Of a stretch of DNA of 64,000 bases, positions 1 to 10,679 are shown piece by piece. A program made the position numbers and the translations under genes. This DNA is from Ranitomeya imitator (Eukaryota). Location: positions 42,098,001 through 42,162,000 of the forward strand of contig NC_091288.1 in the NCBI RefSeq assembly GCF_032444005.1, in the 5' to 3' direction. The notes under the pieces are model-generated. The model ran no database searches, was not told where the DNA came from, and saw only the letters and a list, made by a program, of their open reading frames with translations. Each line of letters begins with the position of its first letter. The stretch's first letter is position 1.

Positions 1-214
1 TGAGATGCAGAAGTCAAAAGGACAATTTTTTCTTCATGTGTCTTGTGCATTATATGCTATGGATGCTTTCAACAGATACACTGAGATTATTTCCCGAATT
101 TACTCACAGAATTATGGGTAGTTATACCAATTCCAAAAGTGTTGTCAATTTTTGCAGGAGATCAATTGTCTCATAACACAAATGATAAACAGATAGAAAC
201 AATTATATACATAC

Positions 215-300
215 CTATTCATCTACTGAAAATCCAGGAACACGATGTTCAATGTGGCGCTCGGTAACACTGCCAAACACGTCACAAGGCTAACCTGGGA
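215..300 (-). other. Candidate spliced exon of an unidentified host transcript (probably 5' UTR; ends ATG AAT AG)
   Basis: Minus strand shows a T-rich tract ending CCCAG at 301 and an ATAG|GTATGT donor at 214. All three frames contain stops. There is no homology evidence. Confidence 0.25.
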
Positions 301-1461
301 CTGGGAAAAAATAAAAAAAAAAAGGTCAAATGTTTCCATTCATTTTCCAATGAGACAAGTTGTTTCAGTAGTATCAAGTTTGTAAGTTATACCTTATAAC
401 CTCCCGATCGTTGGGGGTCCAACCACTTTACCCTCCACTGACTAAGGACCGGGGCTTTAAAGAGCGGTAGTCAATCATACACACCTCCGCTCCATTTATA
501 CTTATGGGGATGCTGAACACCAGCCGTCAGTGGTCCCATTAAAAATGAATGGAGCATCAGTGCACATGATTGACCAACGCCCGGTTCACATGGCACTCTA
601 CAAAGCCTCGGTTTTTGGTAACAGTGGGGGTCCCATCGTCAGGAAAGTTATCCCCTATCCTGTCTATATAAAATAACTTCCATAGTGGGTATAATCCCTT
701 TAACTTTAGTATTTTTATATGATGGACACCATGACTATAACATGACAGCTCAGAATTAGTCATTTTAATTGCCTCTAAAAGAAAGATCCACACTAAGCTA
801 TTTATTTTATCCTTACAATGCATATCAAATGAAAAAAATCATCAACTATCTAAGAGACAAAACACTTGTAGAAAAAATGGTGTAGTACGACTTTCACAGA
901 GTGTCACATAGGAGAAGGTGGAGAAACTTTTTTTTTTCCCCCACTTGCAAGAAAAACTTATGACATTCAGACAAAAACTCGGAGCAAAGACCGATATAGA
1001 TAATTGGTCCAATTTTCTCGAACATGAGAAAGACATCTAAATGAGGCCTTATTCCCATCTCAGAGGTCATCAACTACCATTCTGTTAATTTTTTGTGTGA
1101 TGACCAGAGCTAACCGAATGTAATTTACCATATTTATTTATTTTAAATGAGGAACTTTGAAAAAATATATTTTAGGTTGGTTTCTCTCTTTTTTGAAACC
1201 CCTAATTTTTTTACTTGTCCACTCATGGAACTGTTTTATTGGCGAGCTATAGTTACTAATGTTACCCTTCTTGGATACATATAACATTTTTACTGCATTT
1301 TTTTAAAGATATTGGGTGATCAAATAATGTCAGTTTTAGCTACAGTATTGCCACAGAGGAAGGATTCTAGGGACAATTCTGAAACAAATACATCCAGCTT
1401 ATTTTTTTGCTTATGTCTTTTATTTCTAGCAATTTTTATTCTTGATATAATTACATATTTG

Positions 1462-1583
1462 CAGGGCTGTGGAGTTGGAGACGTGGCGTCAGAGTCTGAG
1501 CCCATTTTGGTGGAGATGGAGTTGGAGTCAGAGTCAAGGAAATTGAGGAGACGGAGGTTTGGCTTACCGACTCCACAGCCCTG
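1462..1583. mobile_element. hAT-type MITE, 122 bp
   Basis: TIRs CAGGGCTGTGGAGT / ACTCCACAGCCCTG, with a perfect 8-bp TSD CATATTTG (1454-1461 and 1584-1591). Confidence 0.85.
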
Positions 1584-1639
1584 CATATTTGTTGTTTTTT
1601 TTGTTGTCATACTAAACTAAACAATAACGTTACCTACAA

Positions 1640-1860
1640 TTGGGCATCCCAACACTGCACATCACCAAAAGAACACCATACCCTTAGTTAAGCAAAGTAG
1701 AGGCAGCATTATGCTTCAGGTCTGTTTTTCGGCAACTGGAACTGGGGCTTTAGTCAAGGAGGAAAGAATTATGAACAGTTCCAAGAATTAGCCAATTCTG
1801 CAAGAAAACCTTCAGGCTTCTCATAAAAAGCTGAAGATGATTAGGAATGTCACCTTTTAG
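1640..1860 (+). mobile_element. Tc1 transposase remnant
   Basis: Translates as ..[48 protein letters not shown].., a decayed Tc1 KHGGGSIMLWGCF region with stops. Confidence 0.75.
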
Positions 1861-1906
1861 AATAACCAGTGCTGTGGAGTCGGAATATGGACCGACTCCT
1901 ACAATA

Positions 1907-3345
1907 CACTACTGACAAACTTAAAGATATTTGGCTTTCGGGAGAAATTTATGGAAAACGTAAGTTCACATTACAGTGATATTTTATCATGAAAGTAGGA
2001 CATTTAAGTAGAAGCATGCAATGCTGATTTCCTCATCTCAAACAATTTATTGAAATAAAAGCCAACAATGGTGGTGGGTATAGCCCACAAAAAATGTAAA
2101 TGTCTCAATAACTTGTCATGTGGCCTTGAGCATCAATTACAGCTTGACAAGGACATCTCCTGCTGCTCAAAAGAGAAGTTATTGTCTGCGGAGGCAAGGC
2201 ATCCCACTTTTCTTGAAGGGCATCACTCAGGTCATTGAGGTTCTGGGGTAGAGAGTTACGAGCCTCTATACGGCGGCTCAGTGGATCCCATAAGTTTCTA
2301 TGGGATTCAGGTTGGGAGAAAGTGCAGGCCACTCCATTTGAGGTACCTCAGTCTCCAGCAGCCGTTCCCTAATGATGTGACCTCAATGAGCAGGAGCATT
2401 GTTGTCCATGAAGATGGAATTAGGTAGGCCTGTGTTGTTCGTGCAAAGGCACAATGACTAGATAAAGTTATTAAAAATAGTAGGGGCTTGTCACTGGACC
2501 ATTCATAAAGTGTAGGGCAGTTCTGTATTGACTAGACACACCTGCCCACACTGTAACACCACGACAACCAAAGGCTAGTCTGGTGACAACAATGACTCTC
2601 CTTGACGTTTCCAACATAGTTGCGGCCATCATTTTTGCTCAACATGAAAAAACTTATCAGCTAGCAGTACCCACTGGTCTCTAGTCCAGCGTAGATGCTC
2701 CCTGGCCCATGCAAGACTATGACGCCTGTGCCCGGTGTTGTGGTCAGGTACCCTCGGTACGTAGTCTAGCACCCAGACCACACGGATATATATGGTTTCG
2801 AATGGTCTGACGTGACATTTGGGTGCCTTTCATCTCCCTTAAATGTGCCTGGAGTTGTGTGGCATTCATTATTATTATTATTATTATTGTGCCATTTATT
2901 CCATGGAGCTTTAAAAGTGTATTTTATGTAACAAAAACTACTACAATAATCTTTAACAAAACAAGTCACCGGCTGGTACCGGAGGAGATAGGACCACACA
3001 ATGTACAAGGGTTGAGTGAGGATACAGTAGGTGAGGGCAGAGTTGGTCCTGCAGCGGTATAGTGGAGAGAGAGTTACTGCAGGATGTAGGCTTTTCAAAA
3101 GAGTTTGTTGTCAGTTTCCTTTTGAAGGTTTCCTCGGTAAGCGACAGTCTGATATGTTGGGGTAGAGAGTCCAGGAGTAAGGACATTGTTCACAATGAAG
3201 CATTCATCAGTGTAGGATATGTCCAAAGGACCACTCATGTGCCTTTCTGTGACTCTTCCAGTTTCTCTCTTACATTCCAAACTCAATGTCCGCTTCCGTC
3301 TGAGAACATCTTGCTTGAAGCCTCGCAATGGTCAGGTACCTTTGA
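1907..3345 (-). mobile_element. Decayed Tc1-like transposon interrupted by a LINE 3' end
   Basis: Minus-strand fragments in transposase order: RETGRVTERH (3200-3330), NATQLQAHLREMKGTQMSRQTIR (about 2790-2865), LAWAREHLRWTRDQW, MDNNAPAH..EWP, and LWDPLSRRIEAR..AVIDAQGHMTSY* (2105-2332). Confidence 0.8.
2868..3180 (-). mobile_element. 5'-truncated L2/CR1-group LINE 3' end with (AAT)n tail
   Basis: C-terminal motif DSLPQHIRLSLTEETFKRKL, followed by a 3' UTR and an (AAT)7 tail at 2868-2888. It splits the Tc1 transposase. Confidence 0.7.
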
Positions 3346-3488
3346 TCAATTGTTATGTGTCATCTTGGTCTCATGTCGGATTTAATTTTTTTTAAAAAGT
3401 ATGTACTCAGGAGCAGCAGGATTAAAATAAGAGTAAAAACTGGCCACTTTTGAATTTGTAACAGGTCCTCTATAACCTCTTCACGACA

Positions 3489-4458
3489 TGGAGCGCGGTA
3501 ATTTGCTTTTTTGCACTGCATGCTGTGGCGGCACTGTCGGTCGAAGAGAGGGGAGAGTGGGTGTGGCTTACAGTGGCTGATGGGAGATTTGTATTCTTCA
3601 TGATGAACTGAATTTTCACCCGTATAAAATGTGCGTGGTCCAACATGTGTCAGCATGGGACTATTTGACACGGCGGACCTCTTGTGAAGACATGTTAGCA
3701 ACGATACCCCGTGACACAATTGTGTTTTTTTCTGATGAGGCACATTTTCACCTCAGTGGGTGTGTAAACAAACAAAATATGCGTTACTGGAGTGAAACAA
3801 ACCCCAGAGAAGTTCACGAGAGACCTCTGCATTCGGACCGCGTCACTGTGTGGTGCGCCATATCACGAGTAGGCATCATTGGTCCTTATTTTTTTCAGGA
3901 TAATGGTCGTGCCATAACTGTGAACTCCGAACGGTACTTGTCTATGATACAGGATTATTTTCATCCGGCTCTTGAGGCAATGGAACTAGAGGATACATGG
4001 TTCCAACAGGATGGTGCCACTGCACACACAGCGAGGGTTACCATGAATTGTTTGAGGCAAATGTTTCCTGGACGGCTTATCTCTTTGAGGGGAGATGTGA
4101 ACTGGCCAGCACGCTCACCAGATTTAGCCCCATGCGATTTTTTCCTTTGGGGTTACCTGAAGTCTAAGGTGTATATCAACCGTCCCAACACCTTGGAAGA
4201 CCTAAGGAACAATATTGAAGCTGAAATTGGCAGAATACCAGTGGACATGCTTGTTAGAGTTCATGAAAACTTCAGAAAATGTATGCAGCAGTGTGTGGAT
4301 AGCGAAGGTCGACATTTGCCAGATACACTATTTAAAACCATGTAATTTAAAAATTCCATTATTGTTCAGTATAATTAAAATATAAAATAAATTTTTCTAA
4401 TGATCATAATTTTTTTATTTCATTCCCAAATCAGCAAATTACCGTGCTCCACCCTGTA
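3489..4458 (+). mobile_element. DD41D (rosa/Visitor-type) Tc1/mariner element, internally deleted
   Basis: Right TIR GCAAATTACCGTGCTCCACCCTG-TA (4434-4458) and a partial left TIR TGGAGCGCGGTAATTTGC (3489-3506). It contains a catalytic-domain ORF. Confidence 0.85.
3629..4345 (+). pseudogene. DD41D transposase catalytic domain (N-terminal DNA-binding region deleted)
   Basis: FFSDEAHF..WFQQDGATAH..WPARSPDLAPCDFFLWG. I count 41 residues between the second and third catalytic Asp. Confidence 0.85.
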
Positions 4459-5246
4459 TATACGCCGCCGCAATCAAATGCAAGGGTCAGCTCTATATGA
4501 GAGCTGACACCCTGCAGAAACACCCACAATTGATGCTAGCACTGATCGTGTGCGTTAAGTCCCTCTGATGCCGCGGTCAATAGTGACAGTGATATCAAGG
4601 GGATTAGCAAAGGGAGGGATCTTTTTATTGTGTAAAAGCGCCAAAACATAAAAAAATGTAAATATGGTATTGCTGTAATCATACTGACCAGAAGAATGAA
4701 GCTGCCTTATCAATTGTACCACACGTGGAACGGCATTAAAAAAAAAAAAAATTCCTGAATTGCTGGTTTTTGCTCATTCTGCCTCGCAAAAATCAGAATA
4801 GAAAGCCATCAAAAAATGTAATTTGTCTGAAAATGGTAGCAATAAAAACATCAACTTGTCCCGCAAAAAAACAAGCGCTCAGGTAATTCTGTCGGCCAAA
4901 ATATGGAAAAATTATAGCTGTCTAAATATGGCAATTGAAAAACTAATATTTGCAATAAAAAGCGTCTTTTAGTGTGTTACAGCAGCCAAACATAAAAACC
5001 CCATATAAATCTGGTATCGCTTTAAATCGCACCAACCCGAAGAACAATGTCATGTAATCACTTGTACCGCATGAGGAAAGGGGTAAAAAAATAAATAAAA
5101 CCAATGCTTCACCTGTTGTTGATTTGTTCATTCTGCCCTGCCTCACACTTATCCTGCACTCTGTGCTGAGCGCTTACACAGGGGTTTCCGTGTAAATCTC
5201 TGAAAACGGTAATTAGTTCTTACCGGTAATTTTATTTCCAGGAATC

Positions 5247-5342
5247 CACCTGACAGCACCATTGGAGGACGTCCTTCTTACCCTCAGTGGGACAGGAACC
5301 ACAAGCAGTTAAAAGGACCCTCCCCACTCCACCCACCAGTGA
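5247..5342. repeat. DIRS 3' (right) ITR core
   Basis: Reverse complement of 10585-10679 (CACCTGACAGCACCATTGGAGGACGTCC...CCACCAGTG), extended by a unique terminal segment at 5204-5246. Confidence 0.9.
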
Positions 5343-5454
5343 TTTTCTAAGTACCACATCTGGATGGATGCAAAAAAGAGTTTATTTACAATTATACACC
5401 AATGTTACATCACATTAGTCAACAGTATAAACTTGCAGTGGGAGGGAACTAATA

Positions 5455-5542
5455 GTGCTGTCAGGTGGATTCCTGGAAATAAAATTACCGGTAAGAACTA
5501 ATTACCGTTTTCCAGTCTACCACCTGACAGTACCATTGGAGG
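5455..5542. repeat. DIRS internal complementary region (ICR)
   Basis: The first part is the reverse complement of about 5203-5258 and the second part the reverse complement of about 10658-10690. They are joined at ACCG-TTTT-CCAG. Confidence 0.9.
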
Positions 5543-5561
5543 AATACCAAAGGATTTTTAA

Positions 5562-6620
5562 CTAGGGTGGGACTACTGCATGTAACACTTTTCTACCAAA
5601 AGCTAATTGGTCTGATACGACATCTAATTTATAGTGTCTAGCAAAGGTAGAAAGACTAGTCCAAGTCGCCGCCCTACAGATTTGCTCAGCTGAGGCTCCC
5701 CCCTTCTCTGCCCATGATGTAGAAATAGCTCGTGTTGAGTGGGCTCTAGGAGTATCCGGGGGATCTTTCCCTTGGTCTGCATATGCTAGGCCAATCATGT
5801 TTTTAATCCACCTAGCAATGGTTGATTTTGCGGCTTTACAACCCCTATTTGGACCACCGTATTGTATAAATAAGTTAGTGTCCCGTCTCCAGCTTTCTGT
5901 CGCCCCCAGGTATTTCAGAACAGTCTCCTAACGCCAAGGTTATGGTAGACCCCCTCTTTTGCGTTCCTAGGGTGTTGGCAGAAAGAAGGAAGGATTATCT
6001 CCTGATTTATATTGGAAGAAGATACTACTTTGGGGAGGAAAGCTGGGTTAAGTTTAAAGACTATTCTGTCCTCAAAGATTTGAAGATATGGGTTCTGGAT
6101 AGAAAGAGCCTGCATCTCCCCCAGCCTTTTAGCTGATGTGATGGCAATCAGAAAGGCAGTCTTAAAGGAGAGATTGGCTATGTCCATATCTTCTGACAGT
6201 AAGTACGGTGTTTTACACAAAGTGTTAAGGACCAGGTTTAGGTCCCAAGGAGGAGTTGATTTCCTCACAAGTGGCCTCATTCTCTGCGTGGCCCTGGAAA
6301 ATCTTGCTATCCAGGGATGGGAGGCTAGTGATGTATCAAAGAAAACACTAAGTGCTGCAATCTGTACTTTTAGAGTACTAGGCCGAAGGCCCTTGTCAAA
6401 TCCGAGTTGCAAGAAATCGAGGATTCTGGGAATATCTGGTTTCGAAACATCCACAGGACCCCCTCCCAAAAAGGAACAATACCGTTTCCAGATTTTGTTG
6501 TAAATCGCTGAAGTCACCGGCTTTCTGCTTGCCTGGAGTGTGGTAATGACATCTTCAGACAGGCCTCTGGATCTTAAGGTTTGCCGTTCAGGATCCAAGC
6601 AGATAGGTGAAGAGAGTCTG
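5562..6620 (-). pseudogene. DIRS tyrosine recombinase (frameshifted near 5915)
   Basis: GLRPSTLKVQIAALS..KTAFLIAITSAKRLGEMQAL.., then RAHSTRAISTSWA..TFARHYKLD carrying the catalytic H-x2-R and Y. Confidence 0.9.
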
Positions 6621-8713
6621 GATTCTTGTGGAACACCGGCCCTTGTAGAAGAAGGTCCTGCCTGTTCGGTAGTAAGACTGGTCTCTCTGTTGACATTTTG
6701 GATAGCAGAGAAAACCAGCTTCTTTTCGGCCAAAAGGGAATCACCAGGATTACGGTTGCTCCTTCGTCTCGTATCTTCCTGAGGGTCTTCGGTATCAGAG
6801 GAAGAGGCGGAAATGCGTACAGGAGACCTTCTCCCCAATACTGAGACAAGGCGTCTACTGCCATGGCTCCGTCTAAAGGATTGAGCGAAAAAAATGCTCT
6901 GGTTTTTGTGTTTGACCTGGTGGCAAAGAGGTCCACCTGAGGTGTTCCCCACTTCTGGCACAGACTGCTGAATACTTCCGGGTTTAGTTCCCATTCTCCG
7001 GGATGTACGGACTTTCGGCTTAAGAAATCTGCTACCTGATTCTTGGCGCCCTCCAGGTGAACTGCCGAGATGGATTTGACAGATCTTGTAGTAAAGAAAA
7101 ATGGGGCTGACAGCACTCACACAGAAGGGCGCTCGTTCCTTGGTCCAGGGAACCAACCTGGATATACGTGTAATCCAAAGAGAAGAGATGAACAGCGCTC
7201 CAAACGGGTGTTGTAGTATCAAAACGAAATCTTTATTGGTCCATGAAAGAGCTCTTTCGTTTTGATACTTTGGATTTGACAGATCTTTCTGCCCACCTGA
7301 AAATTTGGTCTGCTAAGTGTTGCAGTGGTGGATGCCTCGGACCTCCTTGATGTCTCAGAAATGCCACTGCTGTGACATTGTCGGACAGTATTCTCACGTG
7401 TCTGTCCCGGACCAGTGGCTGGGCCTGGTACAACACTTTCCAGATCGCATATAGTTCCCTGAAATTTGACGATCTTGCGGCAATCTGAGGAGTCCATTCT
7501 CCCTGGTAATATGTTCTTCCTATATGACCTCCCCATCCGTATTGACTGGCGTCTGTGGTAACCGTAACACAGGGATCGAGTATCCATGGAACTCCCTCTC
7601 TCAGGTTTCCCGGTGTGGTCCACCAGGTTAGGGATCTCTTTACAGACGGAGATACAACCATCTTCCTGTCTAGGGAACTCTGTCTCCTGTTTCAGGATCC
7701 TAGGACTTCTTTTTGTAACTCCCGTGAGTGGAATTGGCTCCATTTCACACAGGGTATGCATGCGGTCATGAAGCCGAGTATCCTCATTGCCTCTCTTATG
7801 GAGGGGGTACTTCTTCTGAACTGATGAATGTGCCTGATCAAGGCCTCTTGTCTGTCTTCTGGTAAAAAAAGATGTTCTTAGATTGGAATCTAACATCACT
7901 CCCAAAAATTTTATTCTGGAATTTGGGACCAGGCAGGACTTTTCCCAGTTCACAATCCACCCCAGTTCCTGTAGGATGGACAGAGTGAAGTTGCAGTCTA
8001 TTTTGAGGAGTTTTTCCGATTTCGCCATTATCAGGAAGTCGTCCAGATATGGTACTATGGTCACATTCTGGTTTCTTAGATAGGCCACAACTTCTGACAT
8101 CAGTTTGGTAAAAATCCTGGGCGCCGAAGCAAGCCCAAAGGGGAGACATCTGAACTGGAAGTGACGTACTATCCCCGTTTATTATGGCGAATCTCAGGAA
8201 TTTCTGGTAGGAGATGTGAATCGGGACATGATAGTATGCATTGCTTAGGTCTAGGGTGCACATCACCATGTCCTTGTCTATAAGAGGCGTCGTGGATCTT
8301 ATAGATTCCATCCTGAATCTTTTGTAGAGGACCCATTTGTTTAGTGGTTTTAAATTTATGATCGTCCGGGAGTCCCCGGATGGTTTCTTTATTGAAAACA
8401 AATGGGAATAATGACCCTTGCCTCTTTCTAAGATGGGAACTGGAACTATCGGCTCTAATTTTAACAACTCCAGGATGTTTGTCCACATGGAGGAGTCCGA
8501 GAGCGGGCAGGGTCGGGTTACTACAAATCTTTCTGGGGGACTGCTGGAGAACTCTAATTTGTATCCCTGCGCAATCACTTGTAGAATCCAAGGATTCTGG
8601 GATACCTTCTGCCAACCCCCTAGAAATTTCTGCAACCGACCTCCCACCTTGATGTCATTTGTTAGGCCTTGGTGTACCTGCAGATGGGAAGATGGAGTCT
8701 CTACCCTTTCCAC
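6574..8713 (-). pseudogene. pol: DIRS pol: RT (YLDD), RNase H (TDAS) and methyltransferase-like domain (YAFPP); frameshifted and interrupted by an insertion
   Basis: ORF pieces: 7838-8713 (IINLKPLN..LDLSNAYYHVPI), 7219-8100 (PYLDDFL), 7233-7661 (TTDASQYGWG..SDNVTAV) and 6574-7116 (DLFAT..YAFPP..WPKRSWF). Confidence 0.9.
7088..7270 (-). mobile_element. 183-bp insertion with 17-bp TSD, probably a Penelope-like element tail
   Basis: TGGATTTGACAGATCTT is duplicated at 7071-7087 and 7271-7287. It has a 15-bp internal inverted segment and AATAAA on the minus strand. Confidence 0.55.
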
Positions 8714-10059
8714 CCTTGGGATAAGACCACCTCCCAGACTTCCCTTTCCCCCTGTAGTCTGTCCTCTGACTAGGTCGGGACCTACGAAAGGGCTGGTACT
8801 TCTTTGTATTTTCCTCAGGGAATCCCTTCTTTTTATCTGAGGCTTTTTCTAAAATTTCATCTAGAATAGGCCCAAATACTTTATTCCCTGAGAATGGGAT
8901 TCCACAAAATTTATTCTTTGATTGGAGATCCCCTTACCAGGTTTTAAGCTATATGGCTCTTCTGGCCGCGTTAGACAAAGATTCGCTTCTGGCCGCGAAC
9001 CGTACAGATTCGGCAGAAGCGTCTGCCATGAAGCCTGTTGCGAGTTTGAGCAACGGCAGGGATTTAAGGATAACATCTCTAGAAGTCTTGGCTTTAAGAT
9101 GATCCTCCAAATCGTCAATCCATAAATGCATCGACCGGGCTACGGATGTTGCCGCTATATTGGCCCGTATTATTGCTGCGGAAGACTCCCAAGTTCTCCT
9201 TAGCAAACCGTCCGCTTTACGATCCATAGGATCTTTTAATGCGGAGGAGTCCTCAAAAGGGATTGAGGTCTTCTTCGCCACCTTTGCAAGTAGAACATCA
9301 ATCTTGGGGACTTCATCCCACACTTTAATGTACTCTGGATTGTAGGGCAAACGAAGTCTAAAATCCCTGGGTACCACCAGTTTCTTCTCCGCTTCCTGCC
9401 ACTCTTCCAGGATCATGGAACGGATGTGGTTGTTGACGGGAAAAACTTTTGTCACTTGGGCATGTAATCCGCCAAACATCTCGTCCTGGATCGAGGTTTC
9501 CTCTGGTGTGTCCTGTAGCTGCATGGTGTTACGTACAGCATAAAGAAGCTCATCTGTGTCTGCTGCAGAGAAGAGGTATCTCTTCCCTCTGCCCACAGAT
9601 CCGTCTCTTTCTTCCTGGTCAGAATCTTCCGAGACCTCTCCCTCGGAAGAGGGGCTAGACTCCCTTGGCCTCTTCCGTGAAGTCTGCGGTTCTGACTGAG
9701 TTGCCTGGGGAAGATTCAAGCTTGAGATAGAAGCCTGAACCTCCTGTCGAATCATGGTCCTCATACTGGATAGTAGCGCCATCTGCTCATCACCCACAAT
9801 CTTGGATGTGCACGATTTGCACAATGGTTTCCGCCAATTTTCCGGAAACTTAGTAGCACATATCGGGCATTTATTTTTCCCAGATTTTTTCCTCTCGGCT
9901 GTGGGGATGGGAGGCTCAGCCTAGGATAAATAGAGATATGTGTGGGGTACATATTTAGGGAAGCAGGGGGAGGGGTGAGCTTTGTGGTATGGCTTTACAC
10001 AGCCCACTCACGTGCCCCTGAAGCTGGTCAGTCCCCTCAGGTCTGGTAGTCTCCTCCAT
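8652..10059 (-). pseudogene. gag: DIRS gag (ORF1): exon 10059-10012, 91-nt intron, main frame 9920-8949, decayed C-terminus to about 8652
   Basis: Spliced N-terminus MEETTRPEGTDQLQGH|AEPP..CPIC-x12-CKSC, then a DIRS ORF1-like body (DPMDRKAD..ADASAESVRFAARS..NAARRA). Premature stop at 8949 and later frameshifts. Confidence 0.8.
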
Positions 10060-10584
10060 AGCAAAGATAAGTGCTCCTTTATCAGGATGGTCGGCAGTAT
10101 ACAGACCCCCTTAGTGAGTTTATATAGATTTTACCTGGTTGATCCTGCCCTCCTTACCGCCGTTGCGTTGACCGCGCTGTGCCTCTCACCTAGGCCGGCG
10201 CTGCTGCCGGCGCCATCATCCACGCTGGCCGCGACCGGAAGTGACACGGCCGTCGCGACCGGAAGTGACGCGGCCGCTGAACCCGGAAGCGGTCGCCTGG
10301 AGAAGCTGTGGCCGCACGCTGGAGCCGACCTCCTGCTGGAAGCGGCCGTCGCCCACACCTCCCGGCAGACAGCGCCCGGACCGAGAGCCCCCCAGCATGG
10401 AGGAACGGACCTTGGACCCAGGAGCAGCGCTACACTGGGGAGGCTGAGGGACCCCCCATCGCAGGTATCAGCTGCAGATATCTTGCGGCGGGGAAGGGAA
10501 AGGCTGGGCCCCCCGATCCACACCATCTGCCAGCACTGTCGGAGGATACGCTTGCCGTTCCTATCCGCAGTGGGACAGGAAAAA

Positions 10585-10679
10585 CACTGGTGGGTGGAGT
10601 GGGGAGGGTCCTTTTAACCGCTTGTGGTTCCTGTCCCACTGAGGGTAAGAAGGACGTCCTCCAATGGTGCTGTCAGGTG
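10585..10679. repeat. DIRS 5' (left) ITR
   Basis: Reverse complement of 5247-5342. Confidence 0.9.

Noticed and set aside
2-120. Plus-strand open frame EMQKSKGQFFLHVSCALYAMDAFNRYTEIISRIYSQNYG ending at GG|GTAAGT
   Set aside because: It could be a coding exon cut by the window edge, but 39 open codons occur by chance, I recognise no homologue, and no downstream plus-strand exon was found.
5562-7116. Phage integrase plus Dam methylase suggesting prokaryotic or viral DNA
   Set aside because: Both are standard DIRS1 domains and lie between DIRS ITRs next to RT and RNase H.
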